A DNA stretch of 53,011 nucleotides from an uncultured Candidatus Poseidoniales archaeon. Lineage in GTDB: Archaea; Thermoplasmatota; Poseidoniia; Poseidoniales; Thalassarchaeaceae. Numbering within the stretch: the first letter of the stretch is position 1; each line of letters starts with the position of its first letter. The stretch is from NCBI GenBank assembly GCA_964645485.1, contig CAZXZO010000013.1:1-53011 (forward strand). The letters are read 5' to 3'. Of the stretch, positions 29,412 to 41,100 are shown in pieces. The translations under genes were made by a program, and so were the position numbers. The notes under the pieces were generated by a model. That model had not been told where the DNA came from. It saw nothing but the letters and a program-made list of their open reading frames with translations, and searched no databases.

Positions 29412-29816
29412 ATGGAATCAGGAGAATTTGAGCGGCAATTATTGGAAAAAGTTGGCTATTCCCTAACTACTTTGCAATTACGCAATTACACTGTAGAGAT
29501 GGAGATAGGAGTTCTACAACAAGAGCAGGGTGTGACTCAACGAATCCGCTTTGATGTTGACATTTTCATCTCCGGGGCTGATGTTCCTGACGAGGATGAG
29601 ATAGACAGAGTTCTTGATTATGATTTCATTCGCGGGAAAATCAACGAAAAAATTAGTGGAAGCAGAACGAATTTACTAGAATCATTGGTTGGTGATTTAC
29701 TTGATTCTTTGCTTCTACCATTCGAAGCAGTTGCTGCTTCTGTTACTGCCACCAAATTAGACATCTACGAAGATGGAACAGAAATTGGTTGTAAAATGAT
29801 GAAATTTAAAGATTGA
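29412..29816 (+). CDS. folB: Dihydroneopterin aldolase
   Basis: IGVLQQEQ...QRIRFDVD, LDYD, NLLESL, TATKL; GAGGTGA RBS overlapping the upstream gene end. Confidence 0.85.
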   Translation: MESGEFERQLLEKVGYSLTTLQLRNYTVEMEIGVLQQEQGVTQRIRFDVDIFISGADVPDEDEIDRVLDYDFIRGKINEKISGSRTNLLESLVGDLLDSLLLPFEAVAASVTATKLDIYEDGTEIGCKMMKFKD

Positions 29817-29862
29817 TTTTTTTAGAAAACCATTCTCAATCTATTTTTCATATTTTATGAAA

Positions 29863-30184
29863 CCCACCAAGTTGGAATTAGTATGCAAGTGGTGAGGATT
29901 CGAAATTCCTTCCCTTTGCTCAGTACACCTCGAAACTCTTGCGTCAAACAATTCTCAAAAAACCCAACTGCTTTCAAGAATTGTATAACGAGGAGTTCGA
30001 ATCCCACCTAGTTTGAATTAGTATGCAGGTGGCGAGGATTCGAACTTCCTTCACTTTGCTCAGTCCACTTCGAAACTCTTGCGCCAAACAATTCTCAAAA
30101 AATCCAAATGCTTTCAAGAATTGTTTAACGCGGAGTTCGAATCCCACCTAGTTGGAATTAGTATGCAGGAGGTGGGATTCGAAC
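29863..30184. repeat. tRNA-linked 140-bp tandem repeat (2 full units plus a partial third overlapping the tRNA 3' end)
   Basis: Units start at 29863, 30003 and 30143; units 1 and 2 differ at 13 of 140 positions by hand alignment. Confidence 0.93.
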
Positions 30185-30247
30185 CCACGAACCTCTTGAG
30201 ACCGGAGCTTAAGTCCGGCGCCGTTGACCAGGCTTGGCAACCCCTGC
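30164..30247 (-). tRNA. tRNA-Leu (anticodon UAA), CCA not encoded
   Basis: GCAGGGG/CTCCTGC acceptor stem, CCGGA-CTTAAGC-TCCGG anticodon arm, long variable arm, GTGGG-TTCGAAT-CCCAC T arm, discriminator A. Confidence 0.97.
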
Positions 30248-30411
30248 ACCCCCTCGTCCACACCTCTTACCCATCAATGTGGCGTCTGATGAACGCCGAG
30301 GGGAAGCATTAATTTTACAAATATTGGAGTCAAATAAACTGTTGCTAGAATGATGCAGATTTAGTACTCCCAACCATGAACCCTTTAACGGACCGTTGAC
30401 ACGGCGTAGCC

Positions 30412-33381
30412 GTGGAACTAACATCGTCAACCCCTGCCGCCCCACGCCGATTGTCAATGATATCCCTAATTCTCGTTGCAGTGATGATTTCTACACTTTT
30501 AGGTCCGCTTTATTCTCCTCCACCAAGTTCAGAACTATTACCTGAAGAACCACGCTACCATAGCGGCGAGGTCCCGATGAAATTGTACAACATATTCCTA
30601 GGTAAGAGAAATTCAACTGCCGGGGGAGATGGATACCTAACCACCAAGACTCCAAACAATGGCCAAAGCAACGCATCAGCACTAGCGGGTTCACTCGAGT
30701 TTAGAACAAGAAATGTGCTAAGTGATATGCCAGTTGGTGGAAGAGTGGCATCTGGAGGTGGCAATGGCTGGGAAATACCTCTCAACATTTTCCTCAAAGC
30801 GACTGCAGGCTCACAACAACAAACAGCAACCTACACATTTACACTTAGAATTGAAGATGATAGTGGCACTTCAGAAACAATTGCAACAGAGCAGAAAGAA
30901 CAAGGTGCTTGTGATGATTTGTTCGGCTGTGGATGGAACCAAGAGATTGTACGTTTACAGTGGATTGGAAATCAATACAAATCTATTCCAGCGGGTGGTG
31001 CATTAACTCTTACAATATCTGCCGAATCTACTTGTGAAGGTCAAGGTGGTGGGCCATTTGGACCATCATGTGATGCTGAAGTTATGTGGGGTGACCCAGA
31101 CTCTTCAGATGATTACTCGACTATGGAGTTCTGGTCAAACGCTGCATCCGGAAGTGAGGTAAAGATCTTTTCAGAAGGTGCATTGTGGACCGACCCTGAA
31201 ACTTTAGATTGGTATCCTAATGACTTACCTGAACACCGTTCAATGGCATTCAAAGTGAATGTTCTCAATGCTCTAGGGAGAGAAGATGTCACTGCTGTAT
31301 CTGTTCAGTTGCGCGCCCCTGATGGAAGTTATCCAGTTGACCACACTTTCTCTAATGCAGAGTTAACTGAGTCTGCAGGAGCTTTAGTTGGCACCTATGT
31401 TTGGACTTATCCAGCCGGTATACAGGCTGGAGTTTACGCTTTGACACTCTCAGTAAACGACCTTCAGGGTTCAAGCCCATTTGTTTTCGAGCATGAAGAC
31501 GTTGTTGTAATGCAATACGGGGTTTCAGTAAGGAACGCCGCTGACCGAAGCGCGGAGTACATTGCACCAGGGCAAACCACACCTATTCAGTTCATCTTGA
31601 GGCACACGGGTTCTTCGGGCTCAACTTTAGATATTCAATTGGATGTTCAAACTTCACTTGACTCAAGTTGGTCTGCGTTATTTGACAGGCCTGAGGGTTA
31701 CACCATTAGTGATGGTGGGAATGAGGTGACAGCACAATTGACTCTAGGTGCTCCTACCGAATTAGGTAATGCACCGCCACGACTCGATATCTCAGTTCGT
31801 GCTTACAACACAAGTGGTGCAGAAGTCCATTATACTACTATGCAAATAACCTTGGAGAAATTGGATGTCTTTGCGCCACCTATGGTATCACTTTGGGATA
31901 GTGACCATGAAGACCAGATAGACAATTCTACACTACAAGGAGGCCAATTTGAATTAGATGTGAATGTGCCACAATTTGTTGACGACCTTGGGCCTCCTAC
32001 ACCATTTTACATTGAAATATTCAACACAGGATTTGACGTAGATTCATTCCGATTTGAAGTCACAGAGAAGCCAAGAGGAACTGTATTTTATTTCGTGGAT
32101 AATCAGACTGGACAAATGATTACTCAAGACCCCAATGATGGCTTGTGGCATAGTCCAGCGATGCCAAGGCATACTAATTACACGATTGCGCTATACGTGA
32201 ATCCTTCATCAGAACCCGATGACCCAGATTATGGTTTGATGCAAATTGAATTGTCAAGTGCTGGTAATACTTCTCTTTCTGCGGTCGTTAGTTTTACACC
32301 TCATCGAACTAATGGATTGCAAGCGTCAGTAGTCTTTGATTGCGATGGAGGAAGCAATGGCCTAGGCCATGTTGAATATCAGAATTGTCTCAATGATGAT
32401 AGCGATGAATACATCGATGTCAGAATGCGAGTGGAAGCAACTCAAACTTCTGGAGATGAAAACCAAGTTGTAGATTGGAGAGTTGTCAACCCCGCTACGT
32501 ACGAGAGGAACGAAGATGGTGAACATGGGAAATACACTTTGTGGGATTATTTCATCACCAATACAGACAACGACCCGATGCCAGTTATGCAGATGACTGT
32601 TGGAGATACTGTTGAATTTAATCTTGAGATACACCTCACTAACCAAGTATTAGCAGAAAACCATACGATTTACGTGCGCATTGAAGAGGTCACAGAGAAT
32701 TCAGATGCTCAGCGATTCTTTGATTTACCAATTAGTATTGAAGTGGGTGATGGGGACCCTGCCCTGAAAATAGTTCAAAATACGACAAATCAGGCTATGG
32801 CTCCAGGTGTGCAAAAGATTTACGAAATGACTCTCAAAAATGAGGGTAATACCGATATGCAAGTAGTACTTACTGCTGATGCACCAAATGGTTGGACAGT
32901 TGTTGCTGAAAATCCGAACACGCAATCTTCTTTGGTTCTAGTTGATGCATTTTCAGAGATTACATTTAATGTGATAATCACTGCTTCGAAAGATGCTCGT
33001 CATGGTGATTTCCATACCATCCAAGTAGTTGGGAAACCACAATCCTTTGAAACCGGGTTTTCCGACCAATATAACGCTGAATTAGATATTAACATCCGTG
33101 TTGAAATCAATGATCCAATGCTCAGGATTACCAATGAACTGAGTAATATGCGAAATTCAACGATGATGATGCTTGCTGGATTCATTATCCTAGTTGTGGC
33201 AGCAGTAGCCGGTAGACGCCGAAGAGTTGACAATTGGGATGAAGAAGAATATCAAGATGAAAATCAAGAAGAAGAGTTCGACTTACCAGAAGCAGTTACA
33301 GATGGCGAATCCGAATTAGAGGAGAGCGCTGTTGAAGAAGATGATGATGACCTTGATGAAATTGAACTAATTGATGATTGA
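30412..33381 (+). CDS. Large membrane-anchored cell-surface protein with Ig-like (NEW3/CARDB-like) modules and acidic cytoplasmic tail
   Basis: N-terminal hydrophobic segment, repeated patterns such as APGVQKIYEMTLKNEGN...APNGWTV, C-terminal TM + RRRR + D/E-rich tail. Confidence 0.8.
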   Translation: MELTSSTPAAPRRLSMISLILVAVMISTLLGPLYSPPPSSELLPEEPRYHSGEVPMKLYNIFLGKRNSTAGGDGYLTTKTPNNGQSNASALAGSLEFRTRNVLSDMPVGGRVASGGGNGWEIPLNIFLKATAGSQQQTATYTFTLRIEDDSGTSETIATEQKEQGACDDLFGCGWNQEIVRLQWIGNQYKSIPAGGALTLTISAESTCEGQGGGPFGPSCDAEVMWGDPDSSDDYSTMEFWSNAASGSEVKIFSEGALWTDPETLDWYPNDLPEHRSMAFKVNVLNALGREDVTAVSVQLRAPDGSYPVDHTFSNAELTESAGALVGTYVWTYPAGIQAGVYALTLSVNDLQGSSPFVFEHEDVVVMQYGVSVRNAADRSAEYIAPGQTTPIQFILRHTGSSGSTLDIQLDVQTSLDSSWSALFDRPEGYTISDGGNEVTAQLTLGAPTELGNAPPRLDISVRAYNTSGAEVHYTTMQITLEKLDVFAPPMVSLWDSDHEDQIDNSTLQGGQFELDVNVPQFVDDLGPPTPFYIEIFNTGFDVDSFRFEVTEKPRGTVFYFVDNQTGQMITQDPNDGLWHSPAMPRHTNYTIALYVNPSSEPDDPDYGLMQIELSSAGNTSLSAVVSFTPHRTNGLQASVVFDCDGGSNGLGHVEYQNCLNDDSDEYIDVRMRVEATQTSGDENQVVDWRVVNPATYERNEDGEHGKYTLWDYFITNTDNDPMPVMQMTVGDTVEFNLEIHLTNQVLAENHTIYVRIEEVTENSDAQRFFDLPISIEVGDGDPALKIVQNTTNQAMAPGVQKIYEMTLKNEGNTDMQVVLTADAPNGWTVVAENPNTQSSLVLVDAFSEITFNVIITASKDARHGDFHTIQVVGKPQSFETGFSDQYNAELDINIRVEINDPMLRITNELSNMRNSTMMMLAGFIILVVAAVAGRRRRVDNWDEEEYQDENQEEEFDLPEAVTDGESELEESAVEEDDDDLDEIELIDD

Positions 33382-33533
33382 ATCAATTGAGAGGGTTCTA
33401 ATAGCCCACCTACGAGGGGATGTTAACGACTTGGGTCGGACGCGTAGAAATTGATGGTGGCTGTCAAAAGATGGCTTTCATTGGATTTCGCGAGGTCTAG
33501 GCAACAGGTTTGACCCCTCGGAGGGGTTGCTAA

Positions 33534-34895
33534 TTGGCAGAAAATGAAGAAGAACCGAAGGTAGTGATAGTGATTGATGGCCCCAATGTGGGGATGAGCC
33601 ACTCAGCAAATAGGTGGCCCGCATCAGCCACTGGGATTGCAACCGCGGTAGCATATTACTCAGATTTAGGTTACGAAGTGTACGCTTTCGTACCTCGGCA
33701 TTATCTTAGCGATAATGCAGGTAAAAAGGGTGTAGATGATGCATCAATTTTACGACCGTTGAGGGATAAAGGGACTGTTGTTTCAGTCCCATCACAAGAC
33801 CATGATGATGATTATTGGCTGCAATTTGCTTGGCAACAAGGCGCTTATGCAGTCACAAATGATAGGATGAAAGACCATGTATCAAAATACCCTAGTGGGG
33901 AAGAGGATTTTTACAAATGGCGAGATAGCAAAGTGATTTCTTATACCTTTGCTGGCGATATTTTCCTTCCAAATCCTTCTTTTGAATTGCCAAAACCCAC
34001 TGTTCATCAAGTTAAGGATTTAATCAAAGGCAAGCCTAAACAGGATTCAAAACAGAAGAGTAAACCTGCTACTAAGAAAGAGAAAAAGAAGCAAGCAAAG
34101 ACGTCATCTCAAGCCATGATAACCTCTACTGCCCCAACTGTTCGACAGGCAAGAAAAGCATTCAGAGAAGCGGTTAGAGAGAGGTTAGCTGATGGTTCAG
34201 TTAACTGTGGCCTGTTAGCATCAGAGATTACTGCACTTGTCAATGATAAATTAAGTCAAAATTTTTCATCCCGTAAAGCACTGATGGGGGTGATGAATAT
34301 CCAAACAACTCTATCCTTCCATGACCAATTGACCCAAGTCATGAGCAGTGAAGTAAGAGTGGAATTAGTCAAAGGCCAACCGGTTGATGTCCATCTTCGA
34401 GATTCTACGAATTCTGAGCCGACAAAATCAAAGTCTCAATCTAGTAAAACACAACCTCAACCTAAGGCTGGCGATAGTGTAGATATTCAACCCAGAAAAA
34501 GTTCTGCAAATAAACCTGGAAAAGGTAAGCGAATGCACCTTGAAGAATTCAAGCAATGTCTTAGTGAAAATGACCTAGATAAATTAAAGATTTCAATCTA
34601 TCAGTTACCGATAGAAATTGAACAATCAATTCCATTCCTGAATAACATAGAATACCCGGTCAATTATGCTGATGTTGGAAACAAGTTCAAGGCAAAGTTT
34701 GGTACTAGAATCAGCACTTTGTTCAAAAATATGGATAATTTAATCTTATTTATTAATTTCAGATTGGAGTTTAATATCTCTGATTTAACTCGCGACGGAG
34801 ACATCATTTTACGACAATCACCCTCACCAAAGAGTCCATCAAAAAAGCCCGCTTCTGGTGGTTTAATTGGTTGGATAAAATCACTCTTTTCATGA
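33534..34895 (+). CDS. Zc3h12a/Regnase-like NYN (PIN-fold) ribonuclease with long C-terminal extension
   Basis: IVIDGPNVG, QDHDDDYWL, AVTNDRMKD, YTFAGDIFLP; TTG start with GGAGGGG RBS. Confidence 0.85.
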   Translation: MAENEEEPKVVIVIDGPNVGMSHSANRWPASATGIATAVAYYSDLGYEVYAFVPRHYLSDNAGKKGVDDASILRPLRDKGTVVSVPSQDHDDDYWLQFAWQQGAYAVTNDRMKDHVSKYPSGEEDFYKWRDSKVISYTFAGDIFLPNPSFELPKPTVHQVKDLIKGKPKQDSKQKSKPATKKEKKKQAKTSSQAMITSTAPTVRQARKAFREAVRERLADGSVNCGLLASEITALVNDKLSQNFSSRKALMGVMNIQTTLSFHDQLTQVMSSEVRVELVKGQPVDVHLRDSTNSEPTKSKSQSSKTQPQPKAGDSVDIQPRKSSANKPGKGKRMHLEEFKQCLSENDLDKLKISIYQLPIEIEQSIPFLNNIEYPVNYADVGNKFKAKFGTRISTLFKNMDNLILFINFRLEFNISDLTRDGDIILRQSPSPKSPSKKPASGGLIGWIKSLFS

Positions 34896-35132
34896 CCTCA
34901 AAATTTACTTTAATATGTGATTTTGTGGAGTCAATTTCTTCATCGAAAATTACAGAGATTTTATCAAGAGATTTCCCTACTAACTTAATCATCACGAGAA
35001 ACTAGTCCAAATGGGTGTATGAACTGTGCTCCAACTGTATTAAGAGGCAAGAGATATGGTTAGTATATGGGTTCAAGTATGTTTATGCAAGGTCAATCAA
35101 AATTCCACGCGGCATTAAGGCTTCAAAACAAG

Positions 35133-38100
35133 ATGAGATCGAAGGCTATTTTTCTGGCTTCATTAATGATTTTAACATCATTAGCAGCATTGGAATTCGC
35201 GGCATGGGAAGCGGAAGCATCGACAGATCAAGATGGAGATGGGCTGACATGTGGTACTGAATTCTTGCTACAGACTCAATGCCAGGATTGGGATTCCGAT
35301 AACGATGGTTTACCAGATGGCTGGGAGTGGCAATATGGTTTGGACCCAAATGATGGTTCTTCACTGGGGAGTAATGGTGCTTCTGGGGACCCTGATGGAG
35401 ATTCAATGTCAAATCTCCAAGAATATACTTACCTTACTCCAATGGGATGGGATTCATCAAGCACACCAAATGTTCTCGATAATGGGGTTTGGTGGAATGG
35501 TACTGTTCCTGTAAGAAACTGGAATGAAGAGGATGCAATGCAAGTCAATCAACCAGCTTGTGGAGCAGCAGGTAGCGATGGGAATGGCTCATCAGTAATT
35601 CTTTGTGATGAAGACCCGCCAGGAGATATTTGTAACGATGGAATCGACAATGACCGAGATGGTCTAGTCGACCAGGCTGACCCTGATAATGACGGTGACC
35701 AAGTTTGTGGTTCAGACGATGACGATGGTGATGGCCTTTCAGATGAGGACCCAGATGGATGGGATACCGATGGAGATGGTCTTCCAGACGGCTGGGAAGT
35801 TGCCAATGGCCTGAATGCGACAAATCCAACAGGAATTGACGGCATGATGGGAGACCCTGATGGTGACGGTTTAGTCAACGTACAGGAATACGTCAACCCT
35901 TCTTGGACGACAACCAATAGTGGGACACCTTACTTTATGTCAGGAAATCCACAGACTCAACAAGCCACAGAGAATGTTAATCCATGTAATCCGCTATTCG
36001 GATGTTTAGCTCAAACCGCTTCGGTAGACCAAGATACCGATACAGATCCTTGGGATAATGACACAGATAATGATGGTTTAGAAGATGGATGGGAAGCTTT
36101 GACTATCCTCACCGACCCTACTTCTGCTGATACCGATGGTGATGGCATTGAAGATGGTGTAGAGGCAAACACCTCCACATATGGTGACCCACCTCAACAC
36201 AGCGACCCGCGTGACAACAATACCGATGGCGACCAATTTGATGATGGAGATGAAGATAAAAATGGTAATGGGCGAGTCGACTCAAATGAAACCGACCCTA
36301 CCAGAAGAGAGGATGCCGGAGATTTCGATAATGATGGAATTGACAATTGGATAGAGAACCTTTCGTGTACTTTGTGGAACGTTTACGATACTGACTTTGG
36401 AGGTGTTGGTGATGGTGATGAATCAAATCTTTCACATTCGACTGACCCTTGCATGTCAATGATTGATTTTAGTACAACTCTTGATACTGCTACTCAGCCG
36501 GGTGGTTACAGCGGTTCACTTCAACGACTGTATCTTACGGATGCTTCTGGTTTTGACACAACTCCAATTGACTGGCGCACACAAAATGGTGCTACAGGCT
36601 ATTACAATGATTCTAGTGGTGTCTTGACGAGTTTCACTTATGGGGCGGTGGTGAATAATGTTCTATTCGGAGTTGTAACTCCTCCTCCAGCAAATACCGT
36701 GGAAGTAATTTCTAAGAATGGAAGTTGGTGTCACTTTGAAGGTTCAAATGCTGGCTCCTTGGGCACAACCCACGCTCACTGTGATGATGATTACGAAGAT
36801 AGTGATGGTGATGGCTTAGCAGACTGGGAAGAGACTCTCTCAATTTGGGGATGGTTCTCAATTTCTACAGCCTATGATTCCGATGGTGATGGTCAAAATG
36901 ATTTGGATGAAATTCTAAATTCAACTGACCCAATGGAACCTTGTGATAACACATTAGATTCTGATGGTGATTTACTCAACGATTACTTTGAAAACACAAC
37001 TGGTTGTGATTTGATGTTTGTACCGGGTATGGGTGCAGGTAACGGTTCAACCGATGCATATGTTACCGATTACCTTGATATCGATACTGATAATGGTGGG
37101 GTGGTTGATTCACAAGAATATCTTGATGGAACCAATCCACAAAATGACCCATCGGATGATATGAACCCAGCAGATACTGATGGCGATGGAATCCCTGATA
37201 ACATTGAAAATCAAACTGGAACCGACTGGCGAAACCCCGATACTGATGGTGGAGGCATGAGCGATTATGATGAATGTCCACCACAATTTTGGCAAGACTG
37301 CCACCTCAGTCCTCAAAATCCATGGGATCCAACAGATGATATCAATCCAAATGAGATTGCATTCTTCGCCAACAACACGACCAGCACAGGTGCAGGAGTT
37401 GATACTGATTCAATTCATCGCTGGAGAGTGAAGACATATGATTTCTACACTGGTGGAGCGTATGGAATTAATACTTCTTTAGTTACTGAACAGCAATTGA
37501 CTGCGGGTGATACCAACACCTATCAGGTTGCAAATAATACATTTTGGAATTCCACAGAAATGTGGATGTTAGACTATGTACAGCCAATTCAACCAGGTGG
37601 TACCTTACCTCAACCCGCGCATACGATAGAATATATGTCGTGGTTTGATTCGACCGCGGAGTTGAATCAAACAAATCATACAAGAGATATTCGTGTCTCA
37701 GTGACCGCTGTTGGCGGTATGATGGTGAGTGCCCCGGAGGTATTTTACACAGATACTGAACTCCAATCTGGTGTAGAGTTCCCATCTCCATACGCAACTG
37801 ATGTACCTGACTATTTCACAGATTTCACAATGATGGAATCGATTGTTTCCAACATCACTCATGGTGTGATAACTGACTCAGGTGCAGTCTCAGCATGGGA
37901 TAAAGTTCAGGCACTCAAAAATTATCTTTCAGAACAAGACACCAATGTCACCGATCCAGATTTCAAGTTGAATTTTGATGGTTCCGGGGCACCAAATATT
38001 GAAGACGTCACAAGATTTATTCTTGAAGATGCTAGAGAAGGTTCGTGTTCTGAATATGTTACAACTTTCACCACAATGGCAAGAATCGCGGGTATACCTG

Positions 38101-41100
38101 CTCGTACAGTTACTGGTTACACAAACGGCGTGTGGCACGGTACAGGTTACATGGTGATGGGTACAAACTGGGATACATGGTCGGAAGTCCATCTTGAACA
38201 ATCTGGTACTAATTTGGATATGGGTTGGATTCCAATTGACCCCTGTCCTCCAGCTGAAGAAGTCCAATTCATCAATGAGAGTGTTAATCCCCTAACTTTC
38301 GAAAGGGATCTTTCATCTGGATTTATTTTCATCAATGGTTCACTACAGTTTACCAACAACAGCACAGGAGCGGTTGATGCGCTTGTAAATGCGTATCTTG
38401 TTTCAGCAAATGATACAACGCCAATGGACCCTTCTGCTTTGAATGAAGATTCCCGTATCCGTGCAATTCTTACAGATCAAAGTGGGAACTTTTCAATAAA
38501 TGGCACTCCAGCAATTATGCCTGACCCAGGTTATGCAAAAGTTGTCGTTGAATCTCGACAGGGAGGTTATGTTCCTTACTCATTCCAAGTTTACGCGGTT
38601 ACTCTGAATATTACTGATGATGTTAATCTTACATTAACAGGTCCCGATCCAATAGGTGCACCCATTGTCGGGGCTGGTACTACAACCACCATAACGGGTA
38701 ACATGCTGTGGGATGCACAACCTCAAACTGACCCTTCATTGACAGGAAATTTCACCGTGGAATTGACCTATCCGTCTTCTGTTTTGAGTGCTAATGTGAC
38801 TCTTCAGGCACCGGTTTGGACAGACGGCTTCTTTTCTTTTGATGTGACCTTGTCAGACCTTGAAGTTCAAGGTCTACGTCAAGCATCAATTTCTTTCGCC
38901 GGATGGCATGAAGGAAATTTGAATGTGGGACCAACCCCGATTTATCACGCCCGTCCGGGTACATTGAATTTCACAATGAATGTGTCAGCAGCACCAAACA
39001 TGACGGCAACCATAGAAGGCCCAGGTGCAAATAATTCGTTGCTGGTGATTAACGAAGATATCTATGTGAATGGGACCGTGGTTACTCGCGGTGCATCACC
39101 AGCGCCTATGGATGGATACATTTCTCTCATGTTAAGGAGTAATGGAACTAATACAAGTTACACCAATATTACAACTTGGCCTGTAACCAATGGTTCTTAC
39201 AACATAGTTTGGAATCTGAACGGGACAGATGTTCCAGTTGGTCCGGGTTATTTGGATGTTCAATTACTATTTGGGCAAGGAATACCTGGTGCTTCCGACC
39301 AAGATGATTTCATCGGATATGGTTTGAGAAGTGAAGTTACAATGAGTTTCAATCTTGGTTCAGTAGGGCGAGGGGAAATGGCATCAGTGATGGTTTCACT
39401 AACCGACCATACTGGGTCTGCTACACTTCCATTCAACGGAACTTATCTGATGACATTCAACGGCGCTCTAGTTAATACGACAGTTGATCCGGTTGCAGAC
39501 TGGATTACTAGTGAGTTTACACCTTCCCCAACCCTTGCAGCAGGTGATTATTGGTGGAATATATCATACGATGGATTTGTCGGTGGTAATGCTGGAAGCG
39601 AATGGTTCAAGCCAGCAAATGCAAGTGGACTTCTACTCGTAACTGGCACTGCAACTTTGTCGATTAATCTCGCTCAAGAGTGGACTCACTTGGGTGGTAC
39701 TACAGTGATTTCAGGAACAATTACTGATGATGTACTCGGCACACCTATTCTCTGGAATACCTCAGATGTACAATTTTCAATTGCTCTACCGGGGACAGGT
39801 CCTACTGGGCCTAATGGAGAACCTCCACTACCATTATTCATACCTCTAGGCAGTGCATGGTCAAATCAAACTACTGGAAGTTACTCAGTTGTAGTAACAC
39901 TACCTACTGACTTAGCATCTGCAGCTCATAACCTGACAGCAGTACTTGATTTCGACTCGTTTGCAGGTCCACGTGGTTCTTACTACTTCATGGATACTTC
40001 ACCAGCCGCTTTAATCGGTCTAGAATCAGAACTAGTGTTAACCAGTAACATAACATCAGTGATAGTTGAAGCAGGGAATCCAATTCCATTCAATATTACA
40101 GTTACCGATGTTGGTGATGGTTCTGCAGTCGCAGGCGAAACAGTCAATTTCACCTGGGGTTGGGGTAGTACAAATACGTCAATTGGACAGGCGGTTTCTG
40201 GTACCGATGGGGTTACAATTCTGAATTGGGTTGTACCACCTACAATGGACCCTGGATATTACGATGTTAGAATCTGGATGGCTAATGACACCACAGACCC
40301 TCTGACCGCTGGTTCTACTAGATGGTGGGGCAATGAAACCTTCATGAATATCACAGTTCAGGTTCCGTCTGATGTGGTGATTTCATCCGTACCGCTGAAT
40401 GTTACAGCAGGAACTAGTTTCCAATTAGTTGGCACTGTCAATGACGGAAACAACGTAACGCGACCGTTCAGCGGTCCAGTCGGAATTGAGGTGTTCTTCC
40501 TAGGTGACCCGTCTGAAACATTGGTTGCAAGTCATACTACGGCTACCAATGGTTCATTCAATTTATCAGTTCAAACTGACCCAAATAATGATGGAATCAC
40601 AAATGGAAACAAGACTTTGGTCGTTTCAGTTCTAGATGGCAGTAATCCATTCTACCTTACTGGTTCAGCAAGTTCTGGAATGCTGATTATTGGTGTTACA
40701 GATTTCGAACAACAAAACCCATTGATTCCTGTGGTTGTTACTCGTGGTGAGAACATTAGTTTTGGTGCTGTCTTAGTTGAAGCATCTGACAATTTCAGGC
40801 TAATTACTAACACCACAGTTTCGGCCCAATTCCATGACACTTGGATGCCTGATTCTATGACAGACAGCAATGCTACAGCATTGTGGACTTACTCGGTCCC
40901 TAACACTCAACCCCTAGGACAGATAACTGTGTCAATCTATTACAACGCAACTGGAATTTGGGAAATGCATCCTACATCTCACCAAATAGGCACGATAAGT
41001 GTGCGTTCAATAACGATACTTGTTGTAGACAACATCACCGCAAACCCACTCTCAGGAAGTTCCTTTGATGTCACTGGAAGTTTAGTTTCTGACAATGGTT

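Noticed and set aside
29863-30184. CRISPR array, integron attC array or additional tRNA genes
   Set aside because: Whole 140-bp units are ~91% identical, so there are no unique spacers. The hairpin ends only loosely match RYYYAAC/GTTRRRY, span ~47 nt, and enclose no cassette ORFs. Units lack D and anticodon arms.
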